Below, piece after piece: positions 1 through 13,789 of a stretch of 64,000 bases of DNA (position 1 is the first letter of the stretch; every line of letters begins with the position of its first letter). A program made the translations under genes and the position numbers. The stretch lies in contig OZ360252.1 in NCBI GenBank assembly GCA_977017645.1, positions 18,104,001 through 18,168,000 on the forward strand, in the 5' to 3' direction. The notes under the pieces are model-generated. The model was not told where the DNA came from. It did not search any database and saw nothing but the letters and a program-made list of their open reading frames with translations. This DNA comes from Torpedo marmorata. Taxonomy: Eukaryota.

Positions 1-253
1 GATTCAAGAGGTAGGTTTAATCACGCAGAAACTTCTGGGTGCATTGAATGCGCAATCGGCAAAGGTGCGGGAGGGACGTTCAATAAGATATTTTAGGAAA
101 CTATTAGATAGGTGCATGGAACGGTGAAAAATGAAGGGTGATGCAGTCGGAACATTCTCCGCAGCTATTAGATTAGGTTATTAAGTCGGCACAGCACTGT
201 GAGTTGAGGTGCTTGTACTGTGCTGTAGATTTCTATGATCTATGTTCTATGAT
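1..253 (+). mobile_element. CR1 LINE 3' end fragment
   Basis: Degenerate CR1 ORF2 C-terminus and 3'UTR ending in the (TTCTATG)-type tail seen on other CR1 copies in the window. Confidence 0.7.
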
Positions 254-336
254 AGAAATCTTCAAAAAAGAGATAAACAAGATCTAAAAACGCAACTGAT
301 TAGGCAGCGCTTGAGGAAAGAGACACGAAAAAATTA

Positions 337-1105
337 GTGGCGCTGCCAGAGCTGCTGTAACGGCAGCGCTGCCGCTGGTGCGGAGCCACGGAGAGCGGTA
401 GCGGAGATACAGCGTTCCCTGTGGGGTCCAAGCGCCCAGTCTGACTATTCCGCTCTGTACAAGCTTTAAACGGCCTGTAAATGGAGCCGACGGTGGTTTT
501 ATTTGAACATCCCGCGACCGCGGGGTCTGGCCCAAGATGACGGCGCCTGTGATCGGCAGCAGCCACGAGGGGTTGCAGACTCCAGGGAAGCGGACACCAG
601 AAAACGGGGAGACCAACCCACGTTTGAGAAGATGAAGCAGAGGAGACCACCCACGGGACGGTGACCACGGCGGCAAACCAGTGAGGAGATCTGAAGCGGA
701 AGAACACACAGGCGGCGGGCTGTTGATGACTCGGGGCGAGGAACATATGCAGACTGCGGGCTGCTGGTGACTGCGGTCGAGGGATTCACACCAGGCTGCG
801 GACTGCTGCACACTGGCTCGAGACTGGCTGAAGGGGTACCAGGTATCGGAAACGGTGTGCGAGAGGGTGACGAGGACGCTGAAGGTTTCCTGATCGGTCG
901 GACGTTCCGATCTGGAGCTCGGGCTGCGGATGGTTTGGATTGGACTCTGTGTGGCTGCGGGAGCGCTGGAAGAGCATCCACGGACACTCGGTGATCTGGG
1001 AAGAGAGACTCTTTTGCTTCTCTTTCTCTGAATGTAAGAGGCAGTCTAAAGCAAATTGCATGTAATATTGCACGGTTTTATAACATGGCATAAAGGAATC
1101 TTGAG
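337..1105 (+). mobile_element. GC-rich non-autonomous retroposon, copy A (diverged, near full length)
   Basis: Aligns by eye along its length with the copies at 14163, 30785 and 44287; starts GTGGCGCTGCC and has a degenerate ATAAAGGAATCTTGA tail. Confidence 0.8.
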
Positions 1106-2419
1106 TTATCTTTCGTTCTGTTTTTATTAACACAAATGCTGCCCATTCTGTTTAATATTCACTCTGTTTCTCCGTCCTTGGATGCCGCTGTCCTGACGAG
1201 GGTTTCACTCAAATGTCTATCCAACGTTTTGCGTTTCAGGTGAAGTTTATGAGACACAAAGAATCCAGCCACCATTTGTCACTAAATTGACAGAAAACCT
1301 TCCACCTGAATACAGCACATGGAAAGACATTTGGAGCAAAGCTTCAAAACAACTCTTTTCCGCACAAACACGGGAAAATGCATTTAGATTTTAAAAAATT
1401 GTCGCTTTCTCCGGGCACAATAAAGGGACACTGAACATTTAATTTGAATCATAATGTCACACGTTTGAGGAAAATTGATTACAAATTAAACTCCGCCATT
1501 CTTTGGAAATTTCAGTTCCACCATCCTCCCATATGTGTGTTTAAGATTAATAACGAATGAATGTGAATGTTAAGTGTTCATTCTCAATCAGGGTCACATT
1601 TAATGATGAAATATATAAATCCTTCCCAATAACATGATAGTAAATACAGTTTTTTAACTCCTTCATTTCACTGCATCGCAGGGTGTGTAGAAAGAGATGT
1701 GACCGATAATCATCAGCGTCAGGAATGTGTTCGCCGATTCAGTCAGCAGCAGCTGCAGGTTCGGCTCTCTTCTCACACGCTGAGTTTACACACTCCGGCC
1801 TCTGAATATACTCTTTCCCAGCAATGATTGCCCCTCTATTTCTTATGAACCAAGGCTATTAATCTTATTCAAAGATGAGCTCACAAGAGCCGCGGGGTTA
1901 ATGTGATTTGAAACGACGGAATATATCAGCGTCACCTCTGAAAAATTCCACTCTTCCCAGAAATATTGACGGGAAATTACAATATCACCATCAATGTAAA
2001 GTAATCCAAATATTTATACTGTCGCCGACTGAAATGAACACGCGTATAATAACAAACACAACAGTAAGTGTTACTATGGTCTGCAAAATAAGCAATACAT
2101 TTCACTGTCCATTCTCGGTGTCAGGAATTTGAATTAGCTTAACCTTCTCATTCTTTCTGCCCTTGTGCTCTAAATATAAGACAACTTAAAGCAACAATTG
2201 GATGGGTGAAAAATTCACCGCTGGAGGATATATTTACCGTGTTAATATACTGAAGAAATTTCACCACAATGAAAACATTCAGAGACAAAAAAAAACGTGT
2301 GCTTCCTCTGCTCCTCAATGTTCAGCAATTCAACAGTCGATTTAAGCGAAGCTAAATTTTAATTATGATCATCATTGCAAATATAAACCTGATTCTACCA
2401 ATATTCTTAATAAACTCAC

Positions 2420-2465
2420 AGTTCCAGATGAGCACTATCATCAGTATCAAGAGGGACCGCAGCAT
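2420..2465 (-). CDS. Signal-peptide (leader) exon of a minus-strand gene continuing off the left edge
   Basis: ATG at 2465 gives MLRSLLILMIVLIWN plus 1 nt, followed by a consensus GTGAGT donor; a 46-nt phase-1 hydrophobic exon typical of SRCR or Ig-superfamily leaders. Confidence 0.65.
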
Positions 2466-5400
2466 TCTCCCGGTGGTCAGTTATAGTGACGGCAAGAACC
2501 CTGATCGCTGAAGCAGTCTCTCCAAGACTTCTGACATTCCAGTTCATCTGAGACTTAATTCTTTGAAAGCTGCCTTACCTCTATCTCATGTCTTACTCCA
2601 ACAAATAACCAATAACCTTCGACTGAAATCAGGCGTGAATAGCAGTCTGCTTGAACGAACCAATGAGAAACAACCTGCCCATTAATGGAGATAACAGGGT
2701 CATCTTTTTTCTTCTCCTTCCCCTGAGTAACAAATAACTCGAGTGCGTCTGAACAGAGAAACGGACCGAAAACCTACATCCAAGAAGCACACAGTCATCG
2801 AAGCGTACCCGTAGTGGCGAAGATTAATCGTTCTATCGCAAAGAGTGTATTCCAGGTTTACTGGGTATTTTGTGACCCCATTTCCCCGTATTACCTCCCG
2901 CCCTTACCTCTTGCACTTAATAGCAAAGAATCGCCATCTCCCTGTTCTCCTCAGCCTCTTTACAACCTCTCACAGTTCTGAACGTCACACGTTGTTACAG
3001 ATTCAAGGGGTTTAAAGAAGAAAACAGCAAAACTCTCTCGTCTTTGCTTATCCATCTGAATATCTCGATGGGCCATTCATTACCTACTGGCTTTACCATA
3101 CAGCGTGGCGAATAAAAATAGATGTCAAGTCCCAGGATAAACACAAATACTTTCGCAATGTTTCTCATTCTTTCAAGATGGACGAATAATTTCCAGCGCC
3201 AGTGATCCTTCCCATTTGTGATAAAATATAAATAATTTAAAGGTGGTGGACTTTCTCTCCCCCCCCCCTTTTATTTTACCGGCATTGCTATTTCGAACCT
3301 GCGCAATGTATTTACTTCATTTACATTCTCCCTGTCTCAATATAGGAACGTACCGCAGGTCACCCAGCATCCATAAGAACCAAAGTGTAAACAACCTTTC
3401 CGCACTGGGCGCTTCGTCAATAATGATGATGGATTGCTGTAGATGCTGCGTGACCAGCCGAGTTTCTCCTGCACATTTATGTCTTGCACTTGACTGCAGG
3501 ATCTGCAGATACTATTTTTGTTTAATTCTGTCAGGCTCACACTCTAGCTGTCACCCCCGGTTAGAATTTTGCATGTGCTCAAATTCACTTTTTTCATCAT
3601 TATTCCTCCTCGTTTTGAGAGAGTGATATGGATGGGGATACGGGCCAAGCGCGATCAGGAGGTATGTTTTGGTCAGCATACTCAAGTTGGGCCGAACCGA
3701 CTGTTTCCACGTAGTCTGACTCTATGACTCTCTTTGACTCTGAGAAAATATTGCAAAATTTCCTGCATTGCTGGTAACTGTATCCGGCTGCCAGGATGCA
3801 AATGGTCTCCAGTGTGAATGAAGAGTTCAGTGGTTAGACATGAATGGCACATACAGGTGCTGCTCCTTTTTACATGCCGTCGATATTTCCTGTTTCTCCA
3901 TCTTTGAGTTCTGGTCATGGCACGTGGCCCACACCATGTTGCCAAGATTACATCCTTTCTCTTTCTGATTTTTTTTCCTCTCCACCATGGTTAACAGGCT
4001 TCCCGACTGTACCTGCACCATTTCCCCATGCTTGGATAAGTCCCGAAGATGCAATTATTTCACTGGAAGCTGTTTGACCATCACTTTCTACAAATAAATT
4101 AGGGCTGTGTCCTGCCTAGTCACTGTGTCAACGTCACTCTCTAATTGCCTGATTGCTTTAAAATCAATTCAAAGTTAGATGGGTAGAACTTAACTGAAAA
4201 TCATTCCAATGTACGAATAGAAAGAATTAACATGAAGTACATCTGGAATGGTGGAAACACACAGCAGGCCAGGAAGTACCTGGTGAGTAAGAAGTGTTGA
4301 GGCTTTGCCTTTGACGTTCTGCCTCCGCCAAGAAATGTGATCACTGTTAGTGAATACGAGCTCGTGCTGCGGTAAATGAAAGAGTAACGGGAGCAGAGAA
4401 CCGAAGTTAAGGAATGTTCATAGAAGGACAGATTGTGTCAGCTATGGAATGGATAGATGAACCATTCTTTGAATATGGGAGCTGTGTTTAGAAGCTGAAA
4501 GTTATGAATTCACGGTTGCATCACACAACATGTGATCAGCCGTCAGGAAAATAAATGAGAATGATTCGCAGATTATATTGATTTTCTTGGAACGGTATAG
4601 CCTCTCAGGTAAAGAGGGAATGAAATGAGAATGAAAGGGGTATGTTCTGAAGCTGATCAATATTTGGAAAGAAAAGAAGAGAAGTCATGAAGTTTTGAGA
4701 AGGGAAATGTAAGAATGTACAAACATTTCTGGGACATATATCAGCCTGTTTCAAAGCCATAGTCAACGATAACTCTTCCAAATATAATACCCGTTTCTCC
4801 AGTTTAATCAGCTCCACTCTTCACCTTCCCCCTTTCCAGTCTGATTCTATTCCAATTTTCAGAATAGCAATGGTGTTATTTTCTCCACACTATGCCAGTA
4901 TCCTCAATCAAATCTCTGGATGCTTTTCCCACAGCAATTATCAACTCAAATTTCAAGTGATGTCACACCTCTCTAACCACAAATTCCATTGCATCAATGA
5001 TACTTGATCGGAAACAGAATTGTTGTGTTAATTTCAAGTAAAAATTAAAACTATAATTCAATGTCAGTATTACAAGGAGCTAGGTTATAGTAATTATTTG
5101 AGCACATAGAGTATTTGGAAGGAAACAAAAGCCGATTTATAGCTTCAGTGGTTAACTCAATAAATCTAATCACCTTGGGAATGCCGAATAATGTTCAATC
5201 CTTGCACGGTGGATAAATTTAGAAAGAGAACACCCAATCATGAAGATAACGTTAAATTTAAATGGCATAATCTTTAAGACACACGATTCATCATTTGCTT
5301 TTTCGGAATTCCAAATTATAGAAGAGTGAGATAGAACAGTTAAGGTTTACAATAATGCTACACATGTTGTAGTGATAGAGAGATTGGAGACTCTGTCCTC

Positions 5401-5956
5401 TTGAGGCTGACTCAGAAATTAATTTTAAAATACTTTTTCATATCTACCTCATTAATATTCATTAAGAACACTTTTGTTGGTGTGTTGTTTATTTCATTAA
5501 CTCCTCATTCGTCCTCAATATGCCATGGTCCGAGTATTATTGTGAACACACAGACACTGCTTTCAGACACGATTTCATTTTGGATAATATTGCTGCATTT
5601 ACCTATTTTGACTGAGCTCTTTGTCCATTGTCAGATGTTACAGTATACACGGGTTTATTCTGTTCTCACTGTTACAGACATTCTGTATTTTGCCACCGTG
5701 GTGGAGTTTGTCTGAACATGCACACTCAGAATTGCTTGGAAATAACAATCCACGTCTTTCGACAGATTTTAAGAAAGGTGTTGGAATCACTCACACTCTT
5801 GTACAAATCATACTTGTTCAACATCAATGAATTGTAACTTGTCTTCTATTCAAGCAACTGGAGAGGTGATTCGGAAATGGTGATCGTTGTGCATTGTGCC
5901 TAATATTTTAAAACCTGCATGTATAAAGTACCGGATGCAAAGTTTTGTGGCACATA

Positions 5957-7616
5957 CATTGGCCTCCATAATGTTTGTGACAAAGTCAAAATTTTCTCCT
6001 CAATTTGCCCCTGTGCTCCAATGTTTTCAATTTTTAATCAAACAATTCACATGTGATTAAAATGCACATTCCAGATTTTATTAAAGGTTATTTGTATACA
6101 TTTTGGTTTGAGCATGTCGAAATTGCAGCAATTTTTATACATAGTTCCCCATTTCAGGGCACAATAATGTTTGTGATATTTGGCTTCACAAGTATTTGTG
6201 AGTACTCAGGTATGATTATTTGATTCATTGGAATAGGTATAAGGGAGCTATGTTTGCTTCTAAGCTTTTGATCACCTTTGGAGTCTGTGGTTGCCATTTT
6301 CAAAATGAGGACCAGAGTTATGCCAATGAAAGTCAAATAAGCTATTATGAAACTTAAAACTAAATATAAAACGGTATGGGATATCGCCAAAGATTAGGAT
6401 TACAAAAATCATCTGTTGGAACATCATTAATAAGAAAGAGCGTCCTGGCGGTTTAGTAATCGCAAAGGGACGGGGGGAGGGGGTGGGCGGGGGGGTGTGG
6501 TGGGCTGGGGGGGTGGTGGCAAGGAAGACCTCCACTGCTGATGACAGAAGAATTGTCTTTAAAATGATGAAAAATCTCCAAACGTCTGTCCGACACACTT
6601 CAGGAGGCAGGTATGGATGTGTAAATGACTACTGCCCGCAGAAGGCTTCATGAAAAGAAATACAGAGGCCAAAATGCAATATACAAGTCACTAATTAGCC
6701 ACAGAATCAGGATTTCCAGATTACAGTTTGCCAAGAAGTATTTAAAAGAGCACGAAGTATATTCTGTAAAAAGGTCTTCTGAACAGAGGAGACCAAGATT
6801 AACTGTTTAGGAGTGATGGCAAGTGCAAACTGTGAAGGCTTAAAGGAACTGCCCAATATCCAAAGCATAACACCTCATCTGTGAAAAATGGTGATGGGGG
6901 TGTTATGGCCTGGACAATTATGGCTGCCACAAGTACTGGCGCACTTACCTTCATTGATCATGTAACTGCTGATTGCAGTATCAAAATCAATTCTGAGGTG
7001 TTTCAAACATATTATTTGCTCAGGTTCGAGTAAATGCCTCCAAACTCATTGGACAGTCATACAGCAATGCAATGATTCCAAACATATTGTTAAAGCAACA
7101 AAGGAGTTTTTCAAAGCAAAGAACTAGAAAATTCTTACATGGCCAAGTCAATCATTAATCTAAACACAATTGAGCATGTTTTCCCGATGCTGAAGAGATA
7201 ACATCAGGGGCAACCCCCCGAAACAATTAGGGGCTGAAGATGGCTGCAGTAGAGGCCTGGCAGAGCATCACCAGAGAAGATACAGAGCACCTGGTGATGT
7301 CTCTGAATCACGGACTTCAAGCAGTCATTGCATGCAAGGGATGTGCAACAAGGTACAAAACATAACTACATTAACATACATAATATTGCTATGTCCCAAA
7401 TGTTATCGTGGCCTGAAATGAGGGGGTCTATGAATAAAAAGTGCTGTAATTTAGACAGAGTCAAACCAAATTGTAAATAAATACTCTTACATAAATTCCG
7501 GAATGTGCACTTTAATCACATGTGAATTGTTTGATTACAGATTTAAAATTGTGGAGCACAGTGGCAAATAAACAAATAAAATTGTGTCTTTCTCCCAAAC
7601 ATTATGGAGTGCACTT
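5957..7616 (+). mobile_element. Tc1/mariner DNA transposon (long-TIR type), degenerate transposase
   Basis: TA flanks; about 210-bp TIRs (CATTGGCCTCCATAATGTTTG ... CAAACATTATGGAGTGCACTT); frameshifted transposase from ATG near 6306 with Tc1-type motifs (TARRRLHE, VKNGDGGVMAW). Confidence 0.92.
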
Positions 7617-8661
7617 TAAAAGTCTCAGCAAAAGTTGTTTTGCAGTTGAGCTGACAGGAAACACCTGACATTGTGGTATGAGCTGTTTATCTCTTTAATT
7701 TATGTTCTCCCCTGAAACAGTGATGTGCTGATATATTTTACATTGCATGCTTGTCTCTGAATCAGAAGGTTAAGGGTCCATGTTCTACTCTGTCGTTTAA
7801 TCCAAAATGCCAATGTAGGAATTTCCAGTGCAGTGCTGAAAGATGTAAAGGATGTAAATGACAGGATCCTTCAAATGAGATGCTTTTCACAATATTACAT
7901 ACTTCTATTTGTTCACCTCTGATGCTCCAGAACGAATAATAAATATATGCCCAGCATCTCCTCACAGCTAATACTGGATAATATAGACAACATCCCGCCG
8001 AACCTCTCGTGTGTCTTTTCCACAGCCTGCACATCCTTGTTCCAATGAGTGAACCAGAAATGCTTGCAATACTCCCAATGCGACCGAACCACATTTTCCT
8101 ATAGCTGCAACATGAATTGCCGACATTTATACTCAAAGGCTCCACTGATGTAGGAAAGTTTGGTACCCCATTCTATGACCACATTATCCACACGTGTTGC
8201 CTTTAAAACCACACTTTCCACTCAAAGTCTAAGTAATAAAACATGAGCACTGCAGTCCCAAAAACAGGAACTGCTAGTGTTCATGTACTGACCACGCGAG
8301 TATATTAATGGTAAATCTCTCACAGAAAAAAGGAGGATATTTTCTGAAACCGATCTCCCCTGCTTAACATACAATGCCGCGCATATACTTAAAAAGAGCA
8401 TAGTTATTTTTTCTAGAACCGGTCCTGCTTTTTCGTCAGTTTAGTTATTGATCTCTGGCAACAAGCAGCAACAAAAGGTTTGCGGTGACAGTAACGTTTA
8501 ACCGGACAGAATAGCATAATGTGGGACAGCGTGCATATTACACAAGGATATTGAATACATGAAATATACATTTTGCTCGGATCATAGCGGAATATACCTT
8601 AATATTAAATAATGGCCATTTGATCTGTCACTCCCACAGAAACCATTAAGTGAAACAAATT

Positions 8662-10918
8662 TCAGATCAAATCAGATCAGAGACTATTTATTATCATTTA
8701 ATACAACAGAAATGTACAGTGCCCTCCATAATGTTGGGAACATAGACAATATTTTCCTTTATTCGCCCCTGTGCTCCACATATTTTAATTTATTATCAAA
8801 CCATTCACATCTGATTAAAGTGGACATTCCTGATTTTATTAAAGGGTGTGTGTGTACATTTTGGTTTGACTATTTATAAATTACAGCACTTTTATGCACA
8901 GTCCCCTCATTTCTGGATACCATAATATTTGGGACAGAGCAATGGTATGTATATTAAAGTTGTAATGTTAAGTACTTTGTTGCATACAGTACTTCTTGCA
9001 TGCAATGACTGTTTGAAGTCTGTGATTCAAAGACATCAACAGGTACTGAGTAACCTCTCTGCTGATGTTCTGCCAGGCCTAGACTCAGCCATCTTCAGCT
9101 CCTGCTTGTTTAGGGGGTTTGTCCATTCAAGGATTCTGTTCAGCATCAGGAAGGCTTGCTCAATTATGTTTACATCAGTTGCTGACTTGGCCATACAAGA
9201 AGTTTCCAGTTTTTACTTTTGAAAATCTCCTTGTTGCGTCAACAATATGTTTCGGATCATGGTCTTGTTCTTGGATGAAGCGCCGTCTAATGGGTTTGGA
9301 GGCATTTGTGCGCACCTGAGCCGATAAGATGTTTCTATGCACCTCAGAATTCATTTTGCTACTGCAACCAGCAGTTACACCATCAATGAAGATACGTGCG
9401 TCAGAACCTGTGGCAGCCATGCATGCCCAGGCCATGACACCCTCGCCGCCATGTTTCACAGATAAGGCAGTATGCTTTGGATCTTGGCTGTTCTGTTATG
9501 CTTCCACACTTTGCTCGTGCGATTACTCTGATAGAGGTTGGACTCATCTGATAACAAGACTTTTTTCCAGAATTCTGCAGGCTCTTTTAAATACTTCTTG
9601 GAAAATTGTTAGGTGGCCATCCTGTTTCTGTGGCTAACTGATGGTTTGGATATTGCAGTGCAGCCTCCGTATCACTGCGGACAGTAGGTATTGACACATC
9701 CACACCTGCCTTCTGAAGAGTGTTTCTGATCTGTCGGACAGGCGTTTGGGGAGTTTTCTTACGATGAGAGTTCTTCTGTCATCAGCAGTCGAGGTCTTCC
9801 TTGGCCTACCAGTCGCGTTGTGATTACTGAGCTGAACACTTCTTAATGATGTTCCAATCTATTGTTTTCGGTCATCCTAAGGTTTGGCCGATTTATCTTA
9901 CTGTTTTATTCTTGTTTTCAGACTCATAATGCTTCTTTGACTTTCATTGGCACAACTCTGGTTCCCAAGTCTAAAAATGGCAACAACAGACTCCAAAGGT
10001 TATAAGAAGTTTATAAGCAAGCCTAGCTCTCTTAAACCTGCACCAATGAAGCAATTCAATATACCCGATTAATCACAAACCCCTGTGAAGCCAAATGTCC
10101 ATTATGGTGCCCTGAAATGAGGGACTCTGTATAAAATAGTGCTGAAATTTCTACACGTTCAAACCAAAATCAACACAAATAACCATTAATATAAGATGAA
10201 ATGTGCACTTTAATCACATGCGAATTGTTTGAATAAAGATTTCAAACTTTGGAGCACACGAGGAAATAAAGGGAAAAAGTGTCTTTGTCCCAAACATTGT
10301 GGAGGGCACTGTAATATTACACGAAAGAGCCATTCATCTTCCAGAAGGCAGACAAAGATTCGCCATTAGCATTGTCCGACGCCCCGCATAGACAGAAAAA
10401 CAGAAGCAAAACAGAGTCCACCCAGGGTCACTGAGTGTCCTCGAATACGCGTCCCGCGCTCCCGTAGCCTCTGCAGCCGTACCACACTCCGGTTCCGTTC
10501 AAACCGTTCAGAAACCCGATACATTTTCGAAATCTCCGACATCATGAGGAACACTTTGAGACCCCTTCTTGCCCTCAGCACCATTTTGCCTCCCGCTTAC
10601 AAGACCTGGTTCTTATCAGCCAGTCTCCAGCAGCCCGCAGGCTGGTGTCAGTACTTTGACCACAAGTCGCCAGCAGCCCGCAGCGTGTGTGGGTTCCTCG
10701 CCCCCAGGCACCATAATCTTGGGACCGGATACCGCGGCCGCACGATTATAAAGATAACACTGTAGGCTCCTTTAACAGGCCATTTAAATTCCGTAAGGAA
10801 CACTGTAATACGATTGGGCGGTGGGACCCTGCGGTGGAGTGCTGTGTCTCCGTTCCCTGCTGTAAGCGGATGCGCATCAGCGGCAGTGGTGCCAATACAG
10901 CAGCTCCGGCAGCGAAAC
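8662..10918 (-). mobile_element. GC-rich non-autonomous retroposon, copy B (divergent subfamily), split by a Tc1 insertion
   Basis: Body at 10312-10918 is the reverse complement of the family; its 3' tail (AATAAA plus TCTGA repeats on the minus strand) lies at 8662-8716, on the far side of the Tc1. Confidence 0.7.
8717..10311 (-). mobile_element. Tc1/mariner DNA transposon (long-TIR type), degenerate transposase
   Basis: TA-CAGTGCCCTCCATAATG ... CATTGTGGAGGGCACTG-TA; minus-strand ORF 9175-9459 KHGGEGVMAWACM...QEQDHDPKH is a Tc1 DDE-domain segment. Confidence 0.93.
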
Positions 10919-11989
10919 CATGTTTTAAAAAAGATGTTGCATTTTCCAATTTGCAGGATCAGATTTACAAGCAGATTTTGCTGCAAAGAAAATTAAATGG
11001 GGCATTACTTCATCAGGCTGCGAGCTAAAAAGAAAATATTTCTTAGACGGAGTTCAAGAAAACATTTGCAGCTACAGTATGTTTAATGACGGATGCATTG
11101 ACCTGATTATCCGTCTTGGTAACACAAAGGGACGAAAATAATGCAGCATTGATTTGTTGAAATAGTTTGTATATCCTTGGAGCAGAGGGGCTGGGCAGGA
11201 ACAATATAGGTTTCTACAACATTACCGATGGTAGATCATAACAAGCCTGTTCTCCATAGCAAAGGTGTCTGAGAACAGTCAGTGTACCATGAACATGTGG
11301 TCCACGTTAATCACCTCGAGAAGCATTGCAACATGAAAGGTATGGCCTGGGCAGAGTGAACGGCGAAGGTTGCGTCGCCACAACACTTTACATGTATCGG
11401 ATGGAGTACGTGAATTACCAATGAGTGGTCGGCAATGCGCCAAGTGCCGGTAAATGGCATAAGTTGAGATGTGTTCTTGATGGTCGACATTGACGTGTTG
11501 GGGGCATAGGAGCTGCTTCTGGATTGTAACACCCCATTACTCGATAATTGCTTTATCGGTGACTTTCAATTTATTTCAACATCTGATCATTGGGCAGTGA
11601 ACATGGTTTTTTTCCAGTCCAGATGTTCACATTTGTTCTACTTTAATGTCCTTTCAGCGTTCATGCCAGGCTTAAAAATGGGAGGGCCTGAGGGGAGATT
11701 TGACCAAGCCAGTTTGCAACTTAATCTACTGGACAAAGGGGGTTGGTAACAATAGAACGTAAAAGGAACGGAGAAGGCACTTTACAGATTGAATGGGATC
11801 ACATGAACAAATACCAACACTCAACTCGGAAAGCGCTCGTTGGTTTCTACCGGAATAAGGATTAGGTCGGTCAAAGAATTCCCTCATCTGCATTTATTAC
11901 GCATAATTGTTCAGATTCGTATGGAATTTTAGCTTCTTTCAAATTCAAATCAAGGAAGTTATTATTTAATGCCATGTATCTTCAACAAT

Positions 11990-12420
11990 GATAAATCATT
12001 CTCGAAACCTCATATCTTCACTGCCCCCCTCAGCCGTTCGACGCAACAAGGACAGGATTCCTCTTCTCCTCACCTTGCACCCGCCAATCTCCAACACCTA
12101 CATCTAGATCCCTTCCCCAGTCACATCATCCTCCTCTCTCCGACTCCCGCAGGGATCTCTCGCTCCGGGACCCCTTCGTCCACGCATCCCTTCCCACCCA
12201 TCGCAAACTCCAAGTTACCAATCCCTGTACACGGAGGAAATGCTACACGTGAGTCTACACTTCGTCCGACACCAACATTTGGGGCCACAAACAATCCTTC
12301 CAAGTGAAATAACACTTTACTAGTGAGTCGGCAGGGGTCACCGACTGCATCCGGTGCCCCCGTTGTGGACTCTTTCACATCACAGAGACTGGACGCAAAT
12401 TAGGAGATCGTTTCGTCCAG
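11990..12420 (+). mobile_element. Penelope-like element fragment (linker/GIY-YIG region)
   Basis: Degenerate match to the GIY-YIG-encoding segments at 15.7-16.4, 17.5 and 21.1 kb. Confidence 0.7.
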
Positions 12421-12479
12421 AGGGCTTTAATATTTACTTCTCCATTTTCCATTTGGTTCCATGAGACATACAGAACAGA

Positions 12480-13780
12480 AAGAGGCTGTACGTCCCAACG
12501 AATACCCACAAACCAGCAACACACAATAAGGTAATTAATCATATTGTTGTTTCTCCATCATTCTCATCGACTCCACACATATTCTGCATCTCAACCACAC
12601 AAAATAGAAATTTATAGTGTCAGCTAACCTACCATAACGCTCGTCGTTGGGACGTGGGGAGAAAGCTGGGCACCCAGAGCAAAAACACAGGGTTACACGA
12701 AGAGCGTGCAAAATCCGCACAGATAATAGCTGAGGGCAAGACTGAACCCTGGTATCTAGGACATTAAAAACGCGACTCTACATATTGACCATAATTTTTT
12801 ATCAGCGTCCTTTGTTTAGTTATTTGTTGAATATTCGCTCCTCATATTATGGACATAATGACTGTGAAAGGGCGTCTCGAGTGGATGTAATCACTCGCAA
12901 TCAATATTCCCTTTGCCATTTTAGAGGCCTCAGTAAATATTGTAATGATTCCCCAGATTAGATTCTTTGTGGAACCTCATGCCAATTAGCGTCAAAATCC
13001 AACAGTTGGTCTCACCAGCCGGGAATCCACGTACTGTTCCATTGCTGGCAAGTTAAGGGCACATGTGATAGAACACAAAAGGGCGCTGTGAATGAGGTTT
13101 ATGAGAACGGGTTTTCCTTTTTGAAGATCAGTCAAATTGAGTGGTAGACCATTACATTGATCTTAAAAGAAGCAAAAACTAAGCAAAAATTATTAATTAC
13201 CAAATAACTGCTGATGAGGGACGTTCGACATGCTAGTTTACTCAGTATACAGAAAGCAACAGGAACTTTCCCAGGCACAGTGTACTCCTCGTAGATATCT
13301 GTGTGATTCAATCCAGTCCACAGCGAGAACGGGCTTTTTGGCCTTTTGTTCAGAAGCTGCCGTACTAGTTCTGTGTTGTTATTAACCACCCTGGGCGCCC
13401 TAGATTTAAAGACCCGAAAGTTATGTTCAGCTCTACTCTCTGGCAACTCATGGGATGTGAATGTGCATATAAATGGACTTGGAAATCCGGAACATCGTAT
13501 GAGCATTCATGATCAATGATGCAGAGGGACTACATGGAAAGGTAGACGCCAGGTGAAGTCTGTTCATTGCCTTTGGATAGTTTTTATGTGTTGAAGATTT
13601 TGATCTCAGTTCAAAGTCACTGATAAGTGCATTGAGTTATTAACTATTGGACCACAGGAACAATCCCTTGGTGCCACGTGTCGAGGTCGTCCATCAAGAA
13701 CCATTTATACTGGTCGCCATCACCTGCACGTGTTCTGATGTTAATATGCACCATCAAATTCGACAGATGATAGGTATTCA
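12480..13780 (+). repeat. Old segmental duplication, copy 1 (paralog of about 22980-24720)
   Basis: Colinear shared blocks, e.g. GACTGTGAA...GTCTCG..GGATGTAA.CACTC, GGGCGCTGTGAATGAGGTTT, CAGAAAGCAACAGGAACTTTC and TCACTGATAAGT. Confidence 0.8.
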
Positions 13781-13789
13781 TTTAAAGTT

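Noticed and set aside
1297-1320. Possible 7-nt micro-exon (TTCAG|GTGGAAG|GTTTTC) downstream of the leader exon
   Set aside because: Weak donor and not phase-preserving; cannot be supported without transcripts.
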